From Deltaproteobacteria bacterium TL4 (lineage in GTDB: Bacteria; SAR324; NAC60-12), in NCBI GenBank assembly GCA_051382335.1, contig JBBCAX010000150.1, positions 30,727-94,726 on the forward strand: a DNA stretch of 64,000 bases, given 5' to 3'. The translations under genes and the position numbers were made by a program. The notes beneath the pieces were generated by a model. The model made no database searches, was not told the DNA's origin, and was given only the letters and a program-made list of their open reading frames with translations. Within the stretch, counting starts at the first letter, position 1; every line of letters begins with the position of its first letter. Shown piece after piece: positions 10,801-18,952 of this stretch.

Positions 10801-11806
10801 ACACGATATTCTCCATTCCCGCATCAAAATAGCAGGAGATCCTTTAGAAAACTTCTTGTTTGGATATCATTTTGAAAGAAATTTTAAACGTAAACCTTAT
10901 CAGGTGCCACTTCCTATTGCCAAAAGCTTGAGCATCCCACGCGATCAAATCATGATTTCCTTTGCACCGGATAATTCACAAAAGTGGGTTTTTAAATCCA
11001 TTCTCAATAAAAAAGAAGCTCGTAAAGTTGGAGGCGAAGGCGGATTTGGTATGTTTGTGGAGCACCTGGTGCAGGGGATTACCCGTTGTGTATTCAGTGG
11101 GTACGTCGGATTTGATTCCCGAAATCTGACCTCTTTTCAAAAACCTGCGGTGAATTCCAATAGTCCCGTTGCCAATAATCCGATCACAACCCAGGATATT
11201 CAAACCTTAGCCTTTGATATTCATGAATTTTTTGAACCCTTTGTTACCCCTTCCCGGGAATTGATCGAAAATATTAATTATATTCGGGATATTTTTATGG
11301 TATGCAATGTCAATCGATACAATCGGATTTCTCTCATTATTCGGGATAATTATGAGGAGGAATTCGTAATTGATTTTGACATTGACAAAATTCCAGTTAA
11401 AGTGCCACCTCATCTTGAGGCAGGTGGCGATAAAATTTTTCCAGAGTTTTATCAACGCCTCAATAGTAAAGAGGCTCGTGTTTCATTTACGCACGCATTA
11501 GGACAGTTGAATATTCCCTTATTGCCTGAATATCAACCTAGGTTCCGTATATGGGTCAACACCGGTAAGTTCTCCTTGCCTGTCAATCCTAAACATTATC
11601 GCGTCTATGCTAACGGAATCGCTCATGCCTTATGGCCTTCGGAAACGGTGGGCACGACATCGTTTATCAAACCGGTAAAATCAGAGCATTCCTTTGCTTA
11701 CTTGGGCCAGCAAGCAGTTGATGGCCTTCATAGTAAAGAAAAGACAAAAAAGCATTCCGATGAGAACTATCGTAAGCGTGCAAAAACATACTTGATTGAG
11801 CCATAG
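7889..11806 (+). CDS. Divergent class I adenylate cyclase-like nucleotidyltransferase (1305 aa)
   Basis: TIGSLGGIGHKPNSDID (GS-x10-DxD), then EIHYF, AVFLCG, PKALL, DPWW, FCF, SWR blocks in the same order as enterobacterial CyaA; GGAGG RBS. Confidence 0.72.
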   Translation: MLNPFGKMLKGKKTPVQTSKTNIAPTKGKVPTHKGLTSPVSELVPPEKLGAQYQRQWRGLVELYRSFPCHPWNAELEQSLRHLLKSLQSHYFSDALLRTYAQDELKNYQTYASEAFEIMGQTNRARMESLLNLADEDMRKAIFESIFLFDLNPDPALPLILEEPYGFDETGHPLKRKYGYPVFQKNALTGVKGHSRFLPESINNDTSGMMPFLKGEYASRIAEFGKNEKPAITAITTIGSLGGIGHKPNSDIDAQVVFNTEPEYDFRWNDADFFIALIAQIFQQTCAAFWSEVLSEQHRKSITEKTLEDLRLKFKKSLSSEELKIIDSIFPSLYSHYRFKITLGYLGKLPPQQQIPLIYKQITTTLRKYPYFEKQSAQIFRFFPFLKKMAPEKFHTTCFPFSAKSLNTTMLSLAMAAFYQKEHLTENDAKRIILYTAKKYGVEPKQIPLNKRPALFLAHLTSSPKRNQVLTSFLHHFLEKISFEMIPKLNEMRPLFQQIFDPEGLIYNERIFKELPEKAKQRFRSTMVQLVEGYMNQEAAKNEAQSAFPLYQKAQIAEAYLTQKYPHTEIHYFINILRTLRLGQHTPFLVSPEGSQAYSSMLNDFLLNPAVFLCGCNPMPFDLPHDFKTLGTIGVIPAETFKLTQTGPGGGKEKFTLQQLSNWGEIDIPREKVLQHAIPIFLRESEKVSHRNLPKALLNCWWIEMICCLEDESTPPTSLTRLLFNPSERYFVKQNLEHPWVKVLKEMESQFSELVRDPWWLKFTEMLTRFQDPLLQKQIIFCFAQHIRISEVINYTDVEKTIWLDKNDKTISWRTWALARFYELFIPDKKDRMDLMKFTQGRDDIGNQMEDELKQAFVQSMQNVQKKILSLNHTRSLKAVSRYILSMKQGQTNKERMQKHLVNLLKIVNNTLVIADEKVMLKAKAEEALNSVEQMQLEVLTLDRKKVRQVSEEIVYFHEQFDMHLDVNRIEHDILHSRIKIAGDPLENFLFGYHFERNFKRKPYQVPLPIAKSLSIPRDQIMISFAPDNSQKWVFKSILNKKEARKVGGEGGFGMFVEHLVQGITRCVFSGYVGFDSRNLTSFQKPAVNSNSPVANNPITTQDIQTLAFDIHEFFEPFVTPSRELIENINYIRDIFMVCNVNRYNRISLIIRDNYEEEFVIDFDIDKIPVKVPPHLEAGGDKIFPEFYQRLNSKEARVSFTHALGQLNIPLLPEYQPRFRIWVNTGKFSLPVNPKHYRVYANGIAHALWPSETVGTTSFIKPVKSEHSFAYLGQQAVDGLHSKEKTKKHSDENYRKRAKTYLIEP

Positions 11807-11860
11807 TGTCAGTAACATTAAAAAACGGTATAGTACCATGCATTTAGTTTGATCTGTCAT

Positions 11861-11985
11861 TGAATTTGCCGGCGGTTTGTTATGCTCACAGGGACAGGCA
11901 TCCATTTGCCTGAGCGAACCCTGTGTTCCTGACTTCACAGGAACGACACCTCCGTAATCTTGATAGCAGAACATTCCTGAATTCA
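11861..11985 (+). ncRNA. Candidate structured RNA upstream of efp (family unassigned)
   Basis: Nested pairings TGAATT/AATTCA, TTTGTTAT/ATAGCAGA (G-U valid on + strand), CACAGGG/CCCTGTG enclosing CAGGCA/TGCCTG, and GTTCCTG/CAGGAAC. Confidence 0.35.
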
Positions 11986-12017
11986 CACTAGTATAATTTA
12001 TTAAAGAGAGGTTAATT

Positions 12018-12581
12018 GTGTACGAAACATCTGATATTCGAAAGGGATTAAAAATCGAGTTAGATGGAACCCCTTATGTGATTATAGAGTTCCAATTTGT
12101 AAAACCCGGTAAAGGTACAGCATTTACTCGTACCAAAGTTAAAAATATGATGACAGGCGCGGTATTGGATCGAACCTTTAAAACTGGTGAAAAGCTCCAA
12201 CCTGCAGACACTGAGGATCGGGTAATGCAGTATCTCTATAATGACGGAGAGGTGCATTTTATGGACACACAGACCTATGAGCAAATCGTAATGACGCCTG
12301 AAAAGGTTGGAGATGCGCTTAATTTTCTGCTGGAAAACATGGAAGTCAATGTCGCTTTTTTTAATGGGCTCCCCATTGGGCTCACCCTTCCTAATTTTGT
12401 AGTCCTGGAAATAGTTGAAACTCAACCTGGCGCCAAGGGAAATACCGTTACAGGCGCAACCAAACCGGCGACACTGTCTACGGGGTACGAGGTTCAAGTT
12501 CCCTTGTTCTTTGGTGTGGGTGAGTCTGTCAAAGTCGATACCCGAACGGGGGAATATATCGAGCGGGTTAAAGTAAAATAA
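12018..12581 (+). CDS. efp: Translation elongation factor P
   Basis: VKPGKGTAF loop, KPATLSTG, VPLF, KVDTRTGEY; GTG start with AGAGAGG RBS. Confidence 0.98.
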   Translation: MYETSDIRKGLKIELDGTPYVIIEFQFVKPGKGTAFTRTKVKNMMTGAVLDRTFKTGEKLQPADTEDRVMQYLYNDGEVHFMDTQTYEQIVMTPEKVGDALNFLLENMEVNVAFFNGLPIGLTLPNFVVLEIVETQPGAKGNTVTGATKPATLSTGYEVQVPLFFGVGESVKVDTRTGEYIERVKVK

Positions 12582-13873
12582 TGCAAAGCAGGCGATCTCC
12601 TTATCGCACTCACGATAGCTCACCCGGTCGACTCACACAACCGCCTGTCCCAGGGCGTTATGCGGGAAGAGTGCTAGAAATTGAAAAAGGAACACCTTCT
12701 CGCTGGGTGATCCTGATGGAAGATACCTCCCAGGTTTTTTCTGTGCCTGATCCGGAAGACATCCCTTGTGGGACGTTAATTGGATTTCATGTGGATGCGC
12801 AGGGATGCTTACGCGACGTGGAAGTTTTCAACATCCCTGACCTTTCGTTCAAAGGAACCGGTGATACGCTCCGATGGTGCCGAAAGCACAATCAAAAAAC
12901 CCGGATGACGCTGATCAGGCAGAGGCATCTCATTTTGCAGGAACTTCGTGCCTGGTTTAATCAACAGGGTTTTTTGGAAGTCAATACGCCTCTCCTGGTC
13001 AGGGCTCCTGCTCCCGAAGCCCAATTGTTTCCTTTTCAAACAGAATCCGGATTTTTGGTAACTTCCCCTGAATTTCAAATGAAGCGAATGCTGGTTGGCG
13101 GTTTTGAAAAAATCTACCAAATCGCGTCCTGCTTCCGGGATCACGAAGTGGGAACCTATCATAACCCTGAATTTACTATGTTGGAGTGGTATCGGGCCTA
13201 TGATCATTTGTCCTCAATCGTGGCTGATGTTGAAAGCTTTGTGTATTCCATAGTGACGCGACTGTCACTTTCTTGTGTCCGGCAATTGGAAGACCAGGCG
13301 GTAGCACTGGTTTTGGAACCTCCCTGGCCTCGTAAGACGGTGGCCGAAGTCCTGTGGCAATACTTGAAGATTGAGCTCAAGGCTCAGACCTCATTAGAAA
13401 GCCTCAAAAATCAGGCGGTTGCCCAAGGTTACCAGAAATGTCTGGACGGTGCGAAAACTTATGAAGAAGTGTTTTTCAGGTTGTGGGATGAAATACAATC
13501 CAAACTCGGTATCCCAAACCCCCTTTGGGTTTATGATTGGCCTGAAATGCTTCCAAGCCTGGCTCAACCTCGTCGCGATGGCCGGGGCGTTGTGGAACGA
13601 ACCGAACTTTATATTGCTGGCATAGAGCTGGCCAATGGTTATGGAGAGTTGACCGATCCAGAAAAACAGCGGGAACGGTTTGAACAGGCGATCCAACATC
13701 GTACCATTCAAAATAGACCCAAGGTTCCGTTAGATGAAAACTTTTTAAGTAGTCTTCAAGAAGGACTTCCTCCCTGTTCCGGAATGGCAATGGGAGTAGA
13801 TCGACTTTTGATGCTTTTAACGGGTGCCCGTCATATTCGTGAAGTGCTGTGTTTTTCATGGGACGAAGTGTAA
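12581..13873 (+). CDS. epmA: EF-P lysine aminoacylase EpmA/GenX with N-terminal extension
   Basis: TSPEFQMKRML, HNPEFTMLEWYR, GIELANGYGELTD, GMAMGVDRLLM; TAATG coupling to efp. Confidence 0.93.
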   Translation: MQSRRSPYRTHDSSPGRLTQPPVPGRYAGRVLEIEKGTPSRWVILMEDTSQVFSVPDPEDIPCGTLIGFHVDAQGCLRDVEVFNIPDLSFKGTGDTLRWCRKHNQKTRMTLIRQRHLILQELRAWFNQQGFLEVNTPLLVRAPAPEAQLFPFQTESGFLVTSPEFQMKRMLVGGFEKIYQIASCFRDHEVGTYHNPEFTMLEWYRAYDHLSSIVADVESFVYSIVTRLSLSCVRQLEDQAVALVLEPPWPRKTVAEVLWQYLKIELKAQTSLESLKNQAVAQGYQKCLDGAKTYEEVFFRLWDEIQSKLGIPNPLWVYDWPEMLPSLAQPRRDGRGVVERTELYIAGIELANGYGELTDPEKQRERFEQAIQHRTIQNRPKVPLDENFLSSLQEGLPPCSGMAMGVDRLLMLLTGARHIREVLCFSWDEV

Positions 13874-14162
13874 TAAACAAAAATATTCGCTCCTCTTGAG
13901 CGGTTAAGTTGTTTCCACCTTGATAAATACGGTTGATTTTGGTAACGACTAGTCAGTGGCATTAGCCGCACGTTGAAAAGTTCCATCCTTAGACTCAACA
14001 GCAGTGGTGCAAAACCAGTCCACAGAGAAAAGGGCTGACGCTCGTTTTGAGTTTATTAAGAGTAAAGACGGGGTAAAGGGATCAATTCTCCTGGAAAACA
14101 ATTTTGAACCAAGGGGATCCTTCCATTTTCCTGATCCCCAATTGTTTCATTACAAGTGACTC

Positions 14163-15092
14163 ATGAAAAGAAATTTTGTTTCCATTTTGGATTGGAGTAG
14201 CGAAGAAATCAGGCAAAGTCTGGAACTCTCCAAGGAATTAAAAGCCTCCGCAAAGCAAGGAAACTTTCCCAAATATTTGGAAAATAAGAGTTATGCTTTG
14301 ATTTTCCATAAATTTTCCCTACGAACACGGGTCTCTTTTGAGGTGGGCATCACCCAATTAGGGGGTAATTCCATTTGTTTGACAGAAAGAGATTTTGTCA
14401 TTGGTGAGCGTGAGTCGGTTAGTGATGTTGCCAAAGTCTTGTCGCGTTATGTTGACGGTATTTTAATACGTACTTATTCCCACGATGATGCCGTTCAACT
14501 TGCGAAAAATTCCGATGTGCCTGTTATTAATATGCTAACAGACTGGACTCATCCTTGCCAAGTCATGGCGGATGTTTTGACCATTGAAGAGCATCGGGGA
14601 AGGATGGACCGTCTTAAAGTTGTCTATTTGGGAGATGGGAATAATGTTGCCAATTCATGGATCAATATGGCGGCACGTCTTCCAGTTAATCTGTGTATTG
14701 CAACTTCGCCGGAAACTCTACCGGATATGGGTTTGGTTGAACAATCACGAAATACGGGTATTTCCTCCATTGAAATCAGCCATGAGCCTTTTGAAGCGGT
14801 AAAAGACGCAGACGTTTTATATACAGACGTCTGGGCAAGTATGGGACAAAAGGACAAGGCGAAGGAAAAAAGGAAAAATTTGCAACAGTTTCAAATTAAT
14901 TCAAAACTGTTAGCTCATGCGAAGCCGGACGCTTTGGTTTTTCACTGCTTGCCTGCTGAGCGTGGACGAGAAATCACAGATGAAGTTTTAGATGGCTCTC
15001 ATTCAGTAGTTTTTGACCAGGCAGAAAATCGGATGCATGTTCAAAAAGCGATTTTAGTACAACTGGAACGGTGGATGTCATTACCATCTTGA
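14163..15092 (+). CDS. argF: Ornithine carbamoyltransferase
   Basis: SLRTRVSFE, HPCQ, GDGNNVANS, YTDVWASMG, HCLP, QAENR. Confidence 0.95.
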   Translation: MKRNFVSILDWSSEEIRQSLELSKELKASAKQGNFPKYLENKSYALIFHKFSLRTRVSFEVGITQLGGNSICLTERDFVIGERESVSDVAKVLSRYVDGILIRTYSHDDAVQLAKNSDVPVINMLTDWTHPCQVMADVLTIEEHRGRMDRLKVVYLGDGNNVANSWINMAARLPVNLCIATSPETLPDMGLVEQSRNTGISSIEISHEPFEAVKDADVLYTDVWASMGQKDKAKEKRKNLQQFQINSKLLAHAKPDALVFHCLPAERGREITDEVLDGSHSVVFDQAENRMHVQKAILVQLERWMSLPS

Positions 15093-15178
15093 GACCATCT
15101 CAAACGATGTTTCCCTCGGGGAACAGGAGTTAACTAACAATCATTCATTCCCTCAAGCGGGAATAAAGAGAGGATACT

Positions 15179-16468
15179 ATGTCAGAAAAAGCAACGCTAA
15201 CACTACCAGGCGGAAAAACTGTAGAATTACCCGTCCTTCAAGGCACGGAAAATGAGCGCGCTATTGATATTTCCAAGTTACGTGCTCAAACCGGATATAT
15301 TACATTAGATTCCGGTTTCGGAAATACAGGCTCTTGTACTAGCTCGATTACCTTTTTAGACGGCGAAAAAGGAATTCTGCGATACCGGGGAATTCCTATT
15401 GAACAGCTTGCCGAACGCTCTACTTTTGTTGAAGTGGCCTACCTCTTGATCTATGGCAACTTACCTCAAAAAGCGCAACTTGCTGAGTTTTCACAACGCT
15501 TGACCAAGCATTCGATGATCCATGAAGATATGAAGCATTTCTTTGAAAGCTTCTCGACGAGGGCCCATCCTATGGCGACCTTATCCGCAATGGTGTCTGC
15601 GCTGTCCGCGTATTACACAGACGCTTCTGGAGCCGCGAATTTAGCAGCGCTTGATCGTAATGTGGGAAGACTGCTTGCGAAAATTCGCACTATCGCCGCC
15701 TTCTCTTACAAAAAATCAGTAGGACAACCCTTTGTTTATCCCAAGGATCATCTTCCCTATTGCGCAAATTTCTTGCGCATGATGTTTGCTGTCCCTGCGG
15801 AAGAGTATGAAATTGATCCGGACGTTGTCAGAGCCCTGGATCTGCTGCTGATTTTACACGCGGACCACGAACAGAACTGCAGCACCTCTACCGTAAGAGG
15901 CGTTGGAAGCAGCCAAGCCAACGTATATGCTTCAATTGCGTCTGGAATTTTGGCACTATGGGGACCTTTACATGGCGGAGCCAATCAGCAAGTTATTGAA
16001 ATGTTGGAATTGATTCAGGCTGATGGCGGAGATGTCAATAAGTTTGTGAAGCTGGCAAAGGATAAGGATAGCAGTTTCCGTTTAATGGGCTTTGGACACC
16101 GTGTCTATAAAAACTTTGATCCACGGGCAAAAATCATCAAACAGGCCTGTGATAAAGTGTTGAGCAACCTGGGAATTCAGGATCCTTTATTGGATATCGC
16201 AAAACATCTCGAAGAAACCGCTTTATCCGATAACTATTTTATTGATAGAAAACTTTTTCCGAATGTCGATTTTTACAGCGGAATTATCTATAGAGCGATA
16301 GGCATTCCTATGAACATGTTTACGGTCATGTTTGCCTTGGGACGATTGCCTGGATGGATTGCTCAATGGAAAGAAATGATGGAGGACCCTGAAACCCGAA
16401 TTATGAGACCTCGACAAATTTATACTGGAGAAACTGAGCGGCCTTATATCCCTATGAATGAGCGATAG
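15179..16468 (+). CDS. gltA: Citrate synthase
   Basis: LHADHEQNCST, GPLHGGAN, MGFGHRVYKNFDPRA, PNVDFYSG. Confidence 0.98.
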   Translation: MSEKATLTLPGGKTVELPVLQGTENERAIDISKLRAQTGYITLDSGFGNTGSCTSSITFLDGEKGILRYRGIPIEQLAERSTFVEVAYLLIYGNLPQKAQLAEFSQRLTKHSMIHEDMKHFFESFSTRAHPMATLSAMVSALSAYYTDASGAANLAALDRNVGRLLAKIRTIAAFSYKKSVGQPFVYPKDHLPYCANFLRMMFAVPAEEYEIDPDVVRALDLLLILHADHEQNCSTSTVRGVGSSQANVYASIASGILALWGPLHGGANQQVIEMLELIQADGGDVNKFVKLAKDKDSSFRLMGFGHRVYKNFDPRAKIIKQACDKVLSNLGIQDPLLDIAKHLEETALSDNYFIDRKLFPNVDFYSGIIYRAIGIPMNMFTVMFALGRLPGWIAQWKEMMEDPETRIMRPRQIYTGETERPYIPMNER

Positions 16469-16616
16469 TCCGCTTTTTATGAGAGAACCTGAACTCTAAA
16501 ACCAACATGTGAACAATTTTTGCATACCTCCTCTATGCTTGTGTCGTAGACTCAGTACGGATTAAAACTGGAAGTTAGTCATGCGTAATTCTAAATGAGA
16601 TCAGGAAAGGAGCGTT

Positions 16617-17621
16617 ATGGGAGCCGTCTTATCACAGCAAGAAGTCGATGCGTTATTGAGAGGCGTTGCTGGCGACGATATGGATGTAGAGGAGGAAGAT
16701 GAGTATGATCCTAATGAAGTCGTTCCTTTCGACTTAACGGCTCAGGATCGTATCATCCGCGGAAGAATGCCCACGTTGGAAATTATTCATGACCGCTTTG
16801 TTCGCCTTTTTCGGCTAACTCTTTCTAATGCGTTACGCAAAGTCGTTGATATCAGCGTGCGTTCTACGGAATTGATCAAATTTGGTGAGTTTTTAAAAAC
16901 ACTTCCGGTGCCTTCTTCCTTAAACCTTTTTCGGATGAATCCCTTGCGGGGGAACGCCATTATGGTTTTGGAAACCCGTTTGGTCTTCACCTTGATTGAC
17001 TTGTTTTTTGGAGGAACAGGAGAGTTGGAAGTGAAGGCCGAAGGACGGGACTTTACGGAAATTGAACAACGAATGATCAAAAGAGTGGTCATCAGTGCGC
17101 TTGAAGATTTACAGAGTTCATGGAGACCCGTCTTCCCTATTCAAATCAACTATACCCGATCCGAAGTTAACCCTCAGTTTGTCGCCATTGTTCCTCATAG
17201 TGAAATTGTGATTGTTGTTACGTTCGATGTTGAAATTGGACGGGCTCCCATGTCCATCACGCTTTGTATCCCTTATTCCATGATTGAACCGATTCGAGTT
17301 AAATTAAATGCTGGGTTTCAAAGTGAGCAGGACGAGCAGGATAATACGTGGGTGAATCGTTTTAAGAAAAATTTGGATAAAGCTTATGCCGATGTTATCG
17401 TTCGGCTTGGAACAACAGAAATGTCTGTCAAAGAATTTCTTAATTTGCAAAGAGGCGACTTGCTTCCTATCAAGCAGGCCGTCAGTGAACCGATTGATGT
17501 ACTGGTCAACGGCGTTCGCAAATACAGGGGATATCAAGGCGTGTATAAAGGACACAAGGCGCTTAGTGTCAAAGAACTTCTTTACATTCCGCCCATGGTG
17601 GATGAGATTTTTGCCTTATAA
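16617..17621 (+). CDS. fliM: Flagellar motor switch protein FliM
   Basis: N-terminal LSQQEVDALL CheY-P-binding peptide, RIIRGRMPTLE, RDFTEIE, SEVNPQF, C-terminal SpoA-like domain; AAGGAG RBS. Confidence 0.96.
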   Translation: MGAVLSQQEVDALLRGVAGDDMDVEEEDEYDPNEVVPFDLTAQDRIIRGRMPTLEIIHDRFVRLFRLTLSNALRKVVDISVRSTELIKFGEFLKTLPVPSSLNLFRMNPLRGNAIMVLETRLVFTLIDLFFGGTGELEVKAEGRDFTEIEQRMIKRVVISALEDLQSSWRPVFPIQINYTRSEVNPQFVAIVPHSEIVIVVTFDVEIGRAPMSITLCIPYSMIEPIRVKLNAGFQSEQDEQDNTWVNRFKKNLDKAYADVIVRLGTTEMSVKEFLNLQRGDLLPIKQAVSEPIDVLVNGVRKYRGYQGVYKGHKALSVKELLYIPPMVDEIFAL

Positions 17622-17672
17622 TCCAGTTGAACCGCACGAACCGTCATGCTCGTTCGAAATCATCCTCGATTT

Positions 17673-18083
17673 TTAGTGCGGAGCCTCGCTCACAAAATTC
17701 CGATTCCATTCCGGGATCTCCACAACCAAGTCTTTGGTGCCATTTGGAATGCATTGGCACGCTAAGCGGGATTGTGCTTGTAACCCTGGAGCCATATCCA
17801 GCATATCTTCTTCATCATCGGTGGCTTCACTGCAACTTTCGCCTCCCTCTCTTACAATTACATGACAGGTAGAACAGGCGCAGACTCCGCCGCAGCTATG
17901 ATCCAGATCAATCCCATTAGCCGTCGCAATTGATAATAAGGAACCTGGAAGCCCTGTGGTTTTTTCGGAAAGCGATGTGGGATCGCATTCAACCGTCACC
18001 TTCATCGGCAGAAAAGTTATTTTATAAGAACGTTGAGGCATCTCCATCTTGGGACGCTCAATATAAGGATTGACACCAGACAT
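17673..18083 (-). CDS. fdx: Adrenodoxin/ISC-type [2Fe-2S] ferredoxin
   Basis: HSCGGVCACSTCH ... SRLACQ; AAGGAG RBS. Confidence 0.92.
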   Translation of the reverse strand: MSGVNPYIERPKMEMPQRSYKITFLPMKVTVECDPTSLSEKTTGLPGSLLSIATANGIDLDHSCGGVCACSTCHVIVREGGESCSEATDDEEDMLDMAPGLQAQSRLACQCIPNGTKDLVVEIPEWNRNFVSEAPH

Positions 18084-18107
18084 GATACTCCTTTGCTCGT
18101 TAACTGA

Positions 18108-18914
18108 TTACTTCACTTGATACGTTTCACCTTCTGACGGATACCGGACATTCTTTACATCCTCTGTCCAATGCTGAACGGCTTCTTTGGCAACTTCAAA
18201 AAGATCCGCATATTTTCTAATGAAGGAAGGCAGTTTTCCTATAGTCATGCCAAGCAAGTCATGGATCACAAGAATCTGGCCATCAACATATCTTCCAGAG
18301 CCAATGCCGATGGTTGGAATAGAAATTGTTTCTGTAATTTCTTTCGCAACGTTTTCAATCACACATTCCAGTACCAGACTAAACACTCCTGCCTCCATAA
18401 GGAGTTGTGCGTCATCTAGCAGGCGCTTTCTGTCATCATCCGTTTTTCCATCAATCTTATTCCCCCCATAAACATTCACCGATTGAGGTTGAAATCCTAT
18501 ATGCCCCATAACAGGGACCCCAATTTCATTTAACCGTGGAATTGCCTCTAAGATCGCCTTGGAGGTACCTTCCATCTTAACAGCACCTACGCCACTTTGT
18601 TTTATCGTATGAATACATTGGCGCATCGTTTCCTCCACTGAAACACCTACACTACCAAAAGGCATATCGGCGACAACCAAGGTGTCCGGAGCATTACGTG
18701 CGACAATTCGGGAATGATATATGATTTCATCCAAGGTTACAGGAATCGTGCTGTTATTTCCCTGAACAACATGGCCCAAAGTATCACCGATTAATATTAA
18801 ATCAACCTCAGACGCATTGAGTAAGGCGGCTTGAAAAGCATCATAGGCCGTTAAACATATCAACTTTTCCTGGCCTTTTGCCCGCATGAATTTTGGAATT
18901 GATTTCTTTTTCAT
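18108..18914 (-). CDS. panB: 3-methyl-2-oxobutanoate hydroxymethyltransferase
   Basis: LTAYD, LIGDTLG, VADMPFGS, VKMEG, GHIGFQPQS, TIGIGSG..DGQILV. Confidence 0.96.
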   Translation of the reverse strand: MKKKSIPKFMRAKGQEKLICLTAYDAFQAALLNASEVDLILIGDTLGHVVQGNNSTIPVTLDEIIYHSRIVARNAPDTLVVADMPFGSVGVSVEETMRQCIHTIKQSGVGAVKMEGTSKAILEAIPRLNEIGVPVMGHIGFQPQSVNVYGGNKIDGKTDDDRKRLLDDAQLLMEAGVFSLVLECVIENVAKEITETISIPTIGIGSGRYVDGQILVIHDLLGMTIGKLPSFIRKYADLFEVAKEAVQHWTEDVKNVRYPSEGETYQVK

Positions 18915-18952
18915 TTTACCTCGTTTGTTTGAACGTTAACGCACTTCGATCC

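Noticed and set aside
7889..11806. CBASS CD-NTase
   Set aside because: Downstream motif blocks follow class I adenylate cyclase, and no Cap effector or ancillary genes are adjacent.
12060..12623. 187-aa antisense ORF and similar shadow ORFs (47669-48349, 60074-60778, 45087-45725)
   Set aside because: They overlap well-supported genes and lack motifs or an RBS; expected shadow frames.
14005..14050. c-di-GMP-I riboswitch upstream of argF
   Set aside because: GCAAAA...GACGC is suggestive, but the GNRA loop, GCAAA linker and second stem are missing.
14163..15092. N-acetyl- or N-succinyl-ornithine transcarbamylase (because of SLRT)
   Set aside because: DVWASMG and HCLP are the canonical OTC signature.
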